Assembly: GCA_002633005.1 (NCBI GenBank)
Contig: NMRA01000255.1
Location: 1 to 55,831, forward strand
DNA from: Phoronis australis
Taxonomy: Eukaryota > Animalia > Phoronida
Reading direction: 5' to 3'
DNA length: 55,831 nt
Shown here: positions 14,501-26,800 of the stretch, piece by piece
Position numbering within the stretch: the first letter of the stretch is position 1
Layout of the letters: each line of letters begins with the position of its first letter
Made by a program: the position numbers and the translations under genes
Notes under the pieces: generated by a model
The model's database searches: none
Told to the model about the DNA's origin: nothing
Seen by the model: the letters and a program-made list of their open reading frames with translations, nothing else

Positions 14501-17500
14501 TCAAGAGAAGATCAAGTAAGTTCAAGGAATTAATCAGGAGAACTACAGTTGAGTTGCACTGAAGAGAATCAGCAGTTACAGCGATAGTCAATACAGAGCC
14601 AGCTATAGAGACAGCAGGTTATTGAATAGACGAGTGTAACAGTTGCTGAACGTGTCTCAGAAGTTCATCACAAGTCAAGGATTCGCAGCACTGGCTGGAG
14701 AATAGAACAGACATTACGTCGGACGTTTTGTTTGAGTAGGCTTGTGAACGTACGGTCGGGATTAATAAAGGATTAACTCGAACCAGTCTTCAGTCAATCT
14801 TTGCACCGAAAGCTATTAACACCGGTCTGTAACAACCTGCACCCACCCACACACGGGGAAAAACGTGACATCTTCATAGTAAAAACATACATGCCAATTT
14901 TCACAATCATGCTTAGAGCGGTTTGGTTGATAGAGGGGTGGACGTCAAAAAACAGACTCGAAAACAGTAAAAGTGGCCACTAGGTGACACAAATTACATC
15001 GAATCCATCCGAAAACATGTAGATACCGTCGTCTCACTAATAGATGCCTATATACCAAATTTTATGAAAATACGTTGAGGACCTTTGAAGATACTGAGGT
15101 AAACGTAAACAAATAAATTGCAACTAGGGGCACACCGGTAGTCGGATCCGTCCGAAAGTTCGCTCATGCTTTCCCATCCATGAAAGGAACACATGTGCAA
15201 AATTTCATGAACATACGTCAATCCATTTTGGAGATAGAGCAGCGGACGCCGGACGGACGCCGCCCGGACGGACACAGATAACAATATAAAAAATCCAACT
15301 TACAGCAAAATGTCTCTGGAATGCCTTTGGACCCCGATATGTGAAGTTACCACAGATTTCACAGATGTAATTGATATTGAGACCATGTAGTTTGTATAAC
15401 CAGTAGGGAATGGGCTGGAAACAACAGAAACGCAATAAAGTTAAACTCTTTAACACACTTTTACAATTACATGAGAATACAATGGTCAACACAATGCTCA
15501 TCAAAGTTGGGACAGTCCCAAGCTCTGTCATTCGAACTAATTACAACAGTGAAAGTTGACAACAACATTTGCTCCTAGAAACTGAATGTAAACACAAGAT
15601 GAGGGGAGCTGAATTTTGGATGGATTGCATCGTATCACCATTGTTAGTCGTCTCGTTCATAAAGACCATCGGAACAGTAAGTGAAGCAGAAATATGTCCT
15701 TCCTAAGATGACCAGGGATTTTGTATTCTAATGAAAATCAGGGCAAAAAGCATATGCTGTAACTCTGGTCTCTTGTTTTGTTTTTGGAAAATCAAGTTGG
15801 AGAGGTATTATTTGGTAATGTTCACTTTTTCAAAAAAAGCAAAAACACCCAAGACGAGCAGAAACGATGTACAAATCATGGCGATTCAAACCTTGCATAT
15901 CCTTGTTCATGTGCCTTTGAGCAGTTTGTCAAATAACATCCACAAAACCTAAGTTGACTGAAATTGACGTAGGCAGGCGTGTTTCTTTAGTAGGTGATTG
16001 CAGGTCTCAAAATGAGTTTGGGGTACAGATCCGAACCAGGTATATTTTTTGGTCTAACACCAATGGTTTGCTTTCACTTTAAAATTGCTTTGAGGGTTAC
16101 ACAGTACATCATTCATTGCAAACTGAAGCCCTTGAAGGCAGGATATTGAGGGATCAACAGTGTAACATTGTGTGTCACGTACCTTTCCATCCCAGCCCAG
16201 AGGCAAGTTCTTGGGGTTGTACGGTATGTCATCCTCGTCCTCATCACTGTCGTCATCACTGTAGTGCTCCTCATCAGACTCTTCGCGTTCTTCGTCGGTG
16301 CGAGCCTGCTTGCGTTGCACGTTATCTCGTGTGGCGGCACGCTGCTCACTCAAGATCTCCACAAGCCTGTACACCTGGGCTTCAAGCAGAGCCACCTCAC
16401 GCTGCTTCTCAGCATCCCTACACACATACACATACAAACACAGAGTAAGCGCACGTAGAGAAATATAGGTAGAGAGTGAGGGGAGACTAGTAGTAGTGAG
16501 CAGACCGGGGGAGNGGAAATTTTCTGCATATCTAATCAAGGACTCGTTATAGCTAAGGCACTGGGGCTTACTGGCAGGTAGCCATTGGTCATATGCCCAT
16601 AATTGTGAAAACTACCATTTTTTGTACGATACATCAGATATCTGGTTGCAACTCCATAGTCACAGCCTTAGAACAACCGTTATAGACAGGATCCATAAAA
16701 ACTGCATTAGTACAGCATGCGACTATGGACATGAATGACAGTTGATAAAACAAACATCCTGAGGCATGACCAGAATATCTCCTCACCGAAGCACCTATTC
16801 CGTGTATTTGTTTCGTAAATGGATTTCTTATTTAGGTTCATTGTCCAAAAAGTAAGTGCCACTGAGCTGTTTCAAGGTGTAGAAAGTGACCCGACAGAGC
16901 TACTCACTTGCTCTTGGTCTGTTTGCCAGGCTTAGACTTTGTAAACAGTGATGGGTCCAGTTGAGCCAGGTGTTTACCCTTAGTGCTGAAGAGTCTCTGT
17001 GCTCGCTCTTCTAGAGTACTACAACAACACAGACAATGGTTTGCAATATACACTAGTACTTTGCAAACATATGAAAGAGATTGAGCAAAACTTACGTGAA
17101 GGTCAACATGAAGGAAATCATTTGAGGTCCTCAAGTGTATATTAATATCAACTGAATGCAATGTTCCCAATTCACCCTGGTGGTACTAATCTCAGCGATG
17201 CCACTGGTGGACTTTCATCAAGCATTTTCAACCTTATTCCAGGTTTACAGATTGTAAATATTTTAATTGTTTTCAAGATACCAGTGATCATGTCAGTACT
17301 ATTTGTTAAGGATCCTTTTGGCGAAGAGCACATCACAACATTAAATCCAATGAAGACAACACCTTTAGTTGGAAATTATCACTTAATTATTAACAACAGG
17401 TGGGAACAAGGAAACATTTGGTTAGACTGAATGTAACCTACCCTCCACATTTAAGACCCAGAGCCATCAAGGCAGACTTGAGACGATCAAGACCGAGTGA

Positions 17501-20500
17501 AGCAAGCTCCTCCCATGATGAGAACGCTGACAGATCAAGATGTGCACCGCCATGTGTTAAGGCACCACTTGCCTCTTTCTGCAAATAAAGGCGTTGAAGA
17601 TTTGAGCCAAGCCAATTTCCAATGACATCTACTGAGTGAGTGTAACACTGGCTTTCAGTCATTATGCTTTGATGGTATGTCTGCCATTATTACTGCGCCT
17701 TGACTACTTGGCACATGTATGAATGGGTGCAATCGTTCTTGCTTGGCATGTAGCATTCACATTGGGAACTCTCAAAAAACATTCAACTCTTATGAAAATG
17801 CAATACTACTGTTAATGAAATTAGCATTTGACAAGACAACAAATTCAATGACTGAAAGAGAAGTGTATTTTTAGTGCTGCTTACCGGCCATCCAGGGAAG
17901 TTGCCCACCAACCACTGATCGTCAAAGTCCTCCCTGACTGACTCCATCTCTTCAGACATACTGATCAGTGGCTTGATTCTGTTGATGTAACCATCCAGGT
18001 AATCCAGTAATGTTTCCAGGTAACTAGCAGAACACAAACACAATAGCCATCAGTGGAGATAACGTGATCCTTATCACCATCAAAAACTGCTAAAATGGGT
18101 GACAACATTTTTCCCCTAGTGGTGTCACGGCACAAAAATAATAACTGGGTGAATTGCGATGTCCCCTGAAGCAGGGCAAGATCATTATGGCTGTACCGCA
18201 AATTAGAGTAAGCATTTTCATTTCCTAAATATATATTAGTAACATTAACATGACCAGAGGATGAGCACCCGAGTTAAAGTTTCAAGTAATGTTAAATGAA
18301 ACATGGACTAACAAAAATGCATGCAGACAAACACGAGTGCATCACAGTGACAAAGCGTGTGCAAGAGAAGCCTTTCCACACAGAAATAATTGTGAAAACA
18401 AAAACATCACATGGAACCAATGTCTCCTACTAAGCAAAAACTATTTGAAAACGGTTTTATAAGGATGAAACCATACCCCAGTTCACTCACTTAGGAAGTA
18501 AGAATATTTCTAAGCACAAATATGTGACCCACCACCACAAAATGAGTCTTAAGTCGGGATTTGTCATTTTTTAATTGTTATTTTTTTCTGAAAACGCAGT
18601 GTTTTCTGATCATTTTGAGGTATGAAACATGTCCTTATCTTCACAAATGACCGAGTTATTGCCAATTCTATTCGGGGAAAGCGAAAATTTAGAGCATTCA
18701 AAAGTCAAGGAAAATGGCCGACGAAAAGTGCCGACAGTGTCTTTAAAATTTCCATAACAACCTGCAGTTGAATGCTACATTTCAGACTTACTAGTATGCA
18801 CAACAACATAAACAAATAAAAGTAATAAAAATTAGAAAAAATATAGACCTTATCATGTAATCTCAGCCAAAAATGAGTGATATTCATGTTGGGTTGCTGC
18901 AACTGGGTCAATAAATTTCCCAGCTAATGTGTACAGGGTCAGTCCACTTGTGACAGGAGGGGTTACCGCAAGTAAAACAAGTAGTTAAAGTGTATTTTGG
19001 AGAAATTTAATAAAATGAAGTCCTGTAGATTACAAAATACACGTTCGTGGCTGATTTTTGTTCGAAATAATTCAAAATTTTACGCTAGTGTGAATAATTT
19101 TGAAAAAATGACAATCACTCATCCCTATCCAAGTCCACTGACACTGACTGAAGAGCAACGATTTCCTCGACTTCTCACCGAGTGATTCAGCCCTATCGAA
19201 GATTGTTCTCTCTTGCAGTAATATTCAGCTGCTTGCACCCCGATCCACTGGCTTTGCAGATACAAGACATTGTTGTGCGATTAAGCTAATCCGGACTGTT
19301 TTCTTCAAGTTCTGTTTGTTCCAATCCAACGACTTGGAATCCAACGCAACCGTATTCGCGATGGGTCGATCATGAAACTCATCTGGCGACGAGTTGCTGC
19401 CGTCAGATGACTCGTCGCTGTCACGAAATTCCTCCTTGTCTCAATCAACAAATGTGCTCTGTTGAGTTCAGTTAATTCTCGCTGATCTTGATACGGCAGT
19501 CAGAGGCAAGAGTTAATCATTGAGATATCAGCTACACGGCGACCAGCCATCTTACTGTCTTGAAAACATGCCGTGACCTAGCTCGCGACCCCACGGTTTC
19601 ACGCCCACTTAACTAGTTCTAGCGAATGAGGTCAGCGATGCATTGGGTTAAAAGGTCGTTGCTAGCTAAAAGACTGGTGAGTGACACTTCTGTTGAAAAT
19701 ACCCCGAATGCAAAAAGTGAAATAACGACTTATGATTGGACGAAAAACTCAAAGAGATTACTACATGCATAATGAGCAGAGTTTGACCTTTCTGTTGATG
19801 TGTTTACGAGCGAAATTGGGTCATCGGAAGACTGATCAATGAGGACACGAAAACCGGCAAATTTCGATGAAAATTTCACGAGATATGCAGTCGTGGAGAA
19901 GGTGATGTTTTTCAAAATGAAATAAATAAGGTTTAAAATGAAGTTTGATCGTTTTAAAGTATTGTTTTGTGGAGTAGAATGAATAAATAATCATAATCTG
20001 CAATAAAAAAAATTTGACCTAATTTTAACCGATAGCGACTGTTTGCAGTCTTGTCAGGAAATTGAGTTTCCGACTTAAGACTCATTTTGTCGTGGTGGGT
20101 CACATATGTGTTAGCGCGAGTAATCATCTCCACGAGACTAGTCACCACAAAGAACTAATACCCAAACCAAGCCAGTCATGGTGATTTCTTCCATCAAAGC
20201 AACCTTCACTGATCCACATTTACAGTTGAATAGACAAGGTACTTACTCTCTGTAGGCAGTGTTTTTCCTTTCTTTGGGTATCTCAAACAACTGGTCAAAT
20301 GTGCCCAAATATGTGATGTAGTCCACTTTCTGTGAATAGCAAAATACTTTAATGAAGCACGAGTAATAATTCTGTGGCTTGTTTTGAAATACATTACAAC
20401 AGAAATGCCCACATTTTATGCAAGAGGTCACAAAATTTCCATATGAAGTGACATTCAGTTATTTAAATATCGCCCCAAAAGCAACTCACCTCTACACCCT

Positions 20501-23500
20501 TCAAGTTAATGAACTTCTCGTAGCACTCGTGCATGTCAAGGTACTTGCCATAGCCTTCTTCATCAGTGAAGTCAACCATGTCTACACAGACAGGGGTCGA
20601 AGGTTAACACAAAAGAAACACAGGTTTAGTTCAAGACACACAGCAGAAGTGACACTCATACCAGCCATCTGGTAGGTGATAAAATTTTTGTTGAGCAATT
20701 GTTCAGTGCCACCTATGAGACACAAGTGATTTGGATGCAGATTTAAGACAGAGGTTTTTTTACAATAATTTGAGGCCATCAGTCCATCAAACTGCCACAG
20801 TTGTGCAATACAACATTAAAATGACCCGTCACCAAAACACATCTATGGATAAAAGAAACTGCTTTCCACCACTGTCAACTCAGTAATTCTTGATCAGAAC
20901 AACCCGACCTTGTCCTAATCCACTAAAAACACTAGAGTTGAAATATGGATGTTTATAACTGGTAAAAATGATTAACCCTGACTCCTCCAGTGATACCCAT
21001 GTGGTTAACCATTCAAGCCAACAAACAGGACCAGATCACTTACTCTGCATTTCCTCGGAGGGTTGCTCTCTTGCCTTGGCCAACTCTTCAAACTCTACCG
21101 ACATAGGTACTGTGATCTGCAAAGTGCGACATGTAGCCTGACAGTAGATGAACATACCATAAACACCAAGGGTGCTTAAATCAGGGAACTCAAACACCAG
21201 TGGGAAGTTATTAAGCTGAGCATGGGGGTATGATAATGAAATGATCAAAAAGTCAAGGACGGGCATTAATGCACTCATTGGAATGCCTTATCACCATTTT
21301 TGCACACACGCAAAATACTGCTAGAATGCACATGAGCAAAAACACTAAATCCACGTCTCTCAGTGTAAAGTGTGAGAAAGAATATAAGGAAAGATGCTGT
21401 TTACGAAGCCAAAAATAACACTCCGTTGTGACCATAATAATAACGAAGAAAACAATACGTGCAGACTTGCATTATTTCATTTGTTTTTTTTTGAAAATCA
21501 ATACATTGTTCATTCCCCATTGTGTGAAAACGGGATGCCCCAGGGTAATAGTCGTATTACTCAATATACCCTTTTGTAAGCCCAGACGTCTTTTTAGCCC
21601 CTTTATAGTACAGCTGCTGTGTTACTTACCTCATTCGGGTGTTTTCTGTGAAAATCTTTGATGTTTTTGAGCCGTGCGTAGAACTCTGCAAACTCATTAG
21701 GACCAGACAAAGCGGCCACCTCTTCTTTACGTAGACTGAAATGGAACAAAATCAATACATAGGAAACAAAATTACAGCAGACACACAAGTTCACAAAAGC
21801 CTTGAATACAGGCATTGTAATAATTTCCACACTAATTCACAAGCAAAAGAATTTGGCAGGTGTCCACTTGTATACAAAATTGGTTGAATAACGGCAGTGA
21901 TTTCTCTTCACATTACTTTAAAGTGGAACTTGCACGCTAATTCCTTATCTCTGTGATTGCTTGGTCAAATTAGTTAGAAACACAACATAAAGTGATGATG
22001 TGAATATTAAGTAGGATGAAAATTGCCAATTGTTTTAAGAATGAGTTTTGTGTCGAAAATGATATGACATAAATCAATCTATCGTGTCCAGTAAACTTCG
22101 TGATGTGGTGCAGCGGAATAGCACTGCATGATGCGGTCTATGTGAGCCCGCTATGTGCGTCATTAGTGCAAAGTTGCCTACTACCAGAATTTTTTTGTTT
22201 TCACATTTACAAGTTGTCAATGAATAGCACTGCACTTTGTTTAGTGTACATGATGTTCAAATAGCATTGCTGTTTAGTTCCTGCTATACATTAGCGTAGT
22301 TAAGAGCACGCAAACTCATCTCTAATGGACACTTGCTGGTATATTTGCCAGTCCTACGAACAGCACAAATACAGTGGATGATCAAGTAACTGTACAAATT
22401 CAGTTCTTTGAAATTGTATAAAAACCCTCCAATACTTAGTGCATGTGAAGCTGTCTAACACTAGAATTCCTACACAACAAAAGCATAAAGGCAAACACAT
22501 GCGATATGACTTTTTGTCAGAAGAACTCACAGTTATCTGATTGGATCTGACTTATGCGACCATTACTGCACATAAAAAATGAACTTCCTTAAAAGGATGA
22601 ATTCCAGTTCCAGGCCATTAATCTTATTTTCTAAAGGCTGAATGGCTTGATGCATCAATTGTCTGTTTTAGAACTCACCCATCCTTGTCTTCATATAAAT
22701 CTCTAAGTTCTACAGCACAATCCATTGATCTCTGAAAAAAAACCCAGCAACTTAACTTAAATTGTCAATACACCTTCAGGCCCAATTCACCCTCCTTCAT
22801 CCATTTTCGATGTCAAAACACAAACTTTTGGCCCAAATTGTTCCTTACTAAAATTTTAAGAGATTTCGGTGCTTGACTGGTGACTTGTTACAGCTCAGGG
22901 CTGAATTCAACAGGGTGCCCTTATGTAGTAGGTCAGGGTTGACGCTTTGAAAAGCAGAGTGGCTTTAGGGGTGGGCACCGTTGCAGATGTGGTGAGTTTA
23001 ATGGCTTTTCATTTAAGGTACCTCATCTATTTCATTTTCAGCTCTTACCAACCATGTATCCATAGCAAATGTCCAGGACTTTTTGCAAACCTAGTACAAG
23101 GTTTCCTTGTTTTGGCGACGTTATGCTAAGCAATGCACCTTGCATTGCATTGGCTTCTTTTTGAGCACTTGATATAAGTTATTAAACACCAATCAGTTAA
23201 AAAATGTCAAAGCCTAAAAGTATAATGTCAGAATTGTGATGACTTAAAAACCTTTTGTGCTTCACGCCACACAACTGTTAGTGTTATGAAAATTAATTTC
23301 TAAACAGAACCTGAAATGCAGGCGACTCCTTTTTTGAAAATGTTTCACTGTCAGTAAATCGGCAGCCAAGTGTCAAATTTTCAATTTATTATAAAACAGA
23401 GATATCAGCCATCAAAGTCCCTTCTTAGAGCAATGTCTCAAGTCATCATTTCTGATGGCCGTTGTCACCATTGTTCGAACATTGCCGACTACTTTAATAA

Positions 23501-23785
23501 TTTAGAAACAATAAATTTAAGACAGAATCAATTATTCTCAAGTATCAAAGCAACTAGTAACTCATTTAATCGAGATTTTGACAAGAATGTGAAAACCATA
23601 CAGCTAATTTCAAAAAGGTTTTTAACGACTCATGTAGAGCTACTTACATCTAGCAACTGTTTTAGTCTGTGGTCTGAATTGATCTTTTCTCTGTGCTGGA
23701 AATACATAAAGAAAATACTTCACATACAATACTCATACTCATTAAGGAAAATCATGCAATTGCTAGCAATCTTTGCAGGATTATA

Positions 23786-23818
<33 letters not shown>

Positions 23819-23821
23819 NGT

Positions 23822-23863
<42 letters not shown>

Positions 23864-26800
23864 CCACGCTTCCCTGTTTTCAAAATCAGAAAAATCCTTT
23901 TAAAATATACAATTATTTCCATTTTCTTTAAATTCTAGCACCTTCCAGTGTTTATATCTCAGGTAGAAGTCTGTGCTATGTAGGAACATTCTTATATCAT
24001 CATGTAACACAATGAATGTAAGAATTATAACGATTAAAAATCTCTATGGGCTATCAAAATCACCATGAATTGGCTTTGAACTCTCGCTTATTTCAACAAG
24101 CAGAAATGCACTGTTTCCATTAAGTGTGCATGCAAAATAAAAAAGGCCCTGAAAGATTGGGAATCAATGCAAAGCTCTATCATTAGATTAATTACCATAT
24201 GACTATAGTAGTACCTGGCGAAACATGGTGTGACAATATAAAGCTTTATGAAGTTCCCGTACTTTGAGAACTCAATACCAGCACTGGTCGGATATGAAGA
24301 ACCAGTTTTATCCACTAAATAATGGGCCCGTTATTCAGTGATGCCTAGTTCTCTAAATCAAGGACCACCATATCCAACCAGCGCCTCAGACAAATTTAAT
24401 CGACAAAATCAAATTTTATTTGGCCACCTGGGATTTTCAGTTTCGGCAACCTCAGATTTCATTTGGTGACCTGGCAAAAACTATTGCCAGGTCGCTAACG
24501 GCTAAATCACAATCAAGGTCGAGAGTTGACTGTGCTACAGTCTAAAATAAATTTTTTTGGTCACTTACCAAATGCCAACTGAATCTCATATGCAAAGAGT
24601 TATTTGTGCAAATTGAAAAAAGAATCATCAAAATCGGACAATGTTTGAGAAATTTATGCATGTTTTTGTCTATGAATTTCATGCATTTTTAGCATTACCA
24701 GTGGCCATTTTAAAAATTACAATCTTCAGTAGTCAACAGTAGAAAAGAAATTTATTTTATCAAGTAAGCAATTACTTAGATATGACTGGAAAAAATTTGA
24801 GTCACTTTTAAAATCACTTAAATGAAGCTGTGCTTAATCATTGAGAAATGGTAGGGTTCATCATAAAACAGGCACTCGTTACGAAATTTGTAAATTCTGT
24901 GTTTCTAACCCTCACTTACTGTAAAGAAGGTTAAAAACTAAAGTTCACACTCTGTCATAAAAAGAACTGCAGACTATGTTAGCCAAGGCAACACAGCAAA
25001 TTATTCAATATCTAAATAAACCAAAGGTTTGGATATTGACTGGGTTCTGCTATGTTGAACCCAGGTCGCATTTTGCGACCTAGCCAAAATCCCAGGTCGC
25101 ATTTTCAAAATCCAACTCGCATTCATAAATGCCAGGTCGCAAAATTTTCCCGCCATTTTTGATTTTTTAGATCATCGAGAAAATGTTTAGATTATGCTCT
25201 TACCTACTCACAAATTTCAGACCGCAAAATTGACTTCGTTCATGCAGGTACGGCGTTGCTGTTCTTCACAACCGCCATTGGAAGGCTCTAGAGCGCAAAG
25301 CAAATTGCTGACGTGAAAGTTGAATCAGTGCTCTATAACTGACACGTACATTCGAGTAGCTAAGTTTGCGATGTGAAAAGCGAGAAAATGCCCATTGAAA
25401 AAGTATCCGGCATTTTGCTAGGTCTGACCTGCTACTGGCTGTCATCAAAGTTGTTAAAGATTCAAACTAACTTGGAGTGCAAATTCCCTCCACTTTTTGT
25501 TCGCAGCCCAAATTTTGCAACTTAACTCGACATTTGAAAAACATCAGTCGAAAAAAATCCGTGAAACGATGCCCTAACTGAATGACCTATTTGGATGCGC
25601 GGGAACAGTTCAGTGCAAAATTTCACAACAAAAATGTGGTACTTATGCTATTTACGTACTCAGCAATTAGTGAATTAATGAATATAACCTCGAAATAATT
25701 CCTGACTCCCTCCGTGCGGTTTTCCATCGGGTAATGGCGAGTTTGCTCCTCAATACCTTCACAGTACGAGAAAAATAGATCAGTAACAAAACGGCACGCA
25801 TGTCACTAGTGTAAACAACAAAACCGGAATTTAGTTTTTAAATATTGAGAAAAGATGTTTTGTTTTTTGAAAACTGAATTTGTTGTGTAAAATGAGAGTG
25901 ACTCACCATATAGGCTGCGTGTCAATTTTAAACCACGCGCGGTCGTTTGTAGTGCCCTATGGTGGCGCTAGCCTGAACTGTGGGCGCTTAATTGGAAATT
26001 CTCAAAAGTTGAGGGGGAACGCTTAATAGATCGACCAGTGAGCGCTTATTATGAAACTCTTCAAAGGTAGGGAGTAGGCTTGTACGTGAGCATAGTCGTT
26101 AACTTGAGTGTTTGCGGTATAATAAGATATTAAAAGACTGCAATGGTAAGAAACGTTATAATAATACGATTTTGCGAGGCAAACTCCATCTAGTAGGGGT
26201 GACTTCCTGGATATCGTTACCACCTACATTGTACCCTTTTTAGCCACCTGGAATGATTTTGTTTTTAACTGCCCGCTTCAGCCGGAACAAGGTTGTTTCT
26301 ATAGGAGTCTGAACATTTTACGGCGACGGGGTTCGGGGAGCGAAAAGTTGCCGGGGGGAGGGGTGGGGGAGGTGTAAAGAGAAGAATGAAAAGTTCGCTA
26401 ACTTGAACCACAATTTCGCATCTCGTGCCAGTTTAGTTGCAATAGCTGGCTACAGGCATAGAATACAGGGTTTACAGAACATCGACCTCGGGAAACATCG
26501 GAACAGGAAAACGTCAGTTCTGGGTTATATCGGTCCCGGGACCGACATCGGGTCTTTTATAACCGCTGGGAATCTGAGTTCATTTTCAAATAAACCAGAG
26601 CCAAGCTGGTATACTTTTATTTAGGACTGTCGCTGTTCTTTGAAGTGGTGCGCACGCGTGTGTTCACGCACTTGAATCGCTGGAGTAGGCCTACACTTTA
26701 CGTTGGCAGCAACATGTGAAAGACAAATCATATTTCACGCACGTAGCCCCAGAAACAAGTAAAGGGTTTGAGAATTTCTTGGCAAATGAAAGTAAAGACG

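Larger units (their letters stand above)
12943..15278 (-). mobile_element. Nested HINE-like elements with about 145-bp tandem units in SF3A3 intron 12, interrupted by an LTR
   Basis: Two termini ACAAGAG-CAACGC(G/A)GAGCGTTG-AA-ATGCGCCCAC (stem-loop plus subterminal repeat) at 12943 and about 13798. Repeated CCACTAG units are present. 14970-15275 closely matches 764-1065 and ends in GGAC repeats. Confidence 0.75.

Noticed and set aside
16116-16458. Plus-strand ORFs overlapping SF3A3 exon 11
   Set aside because: They are antisense shadows of a GC-richer coding exon.
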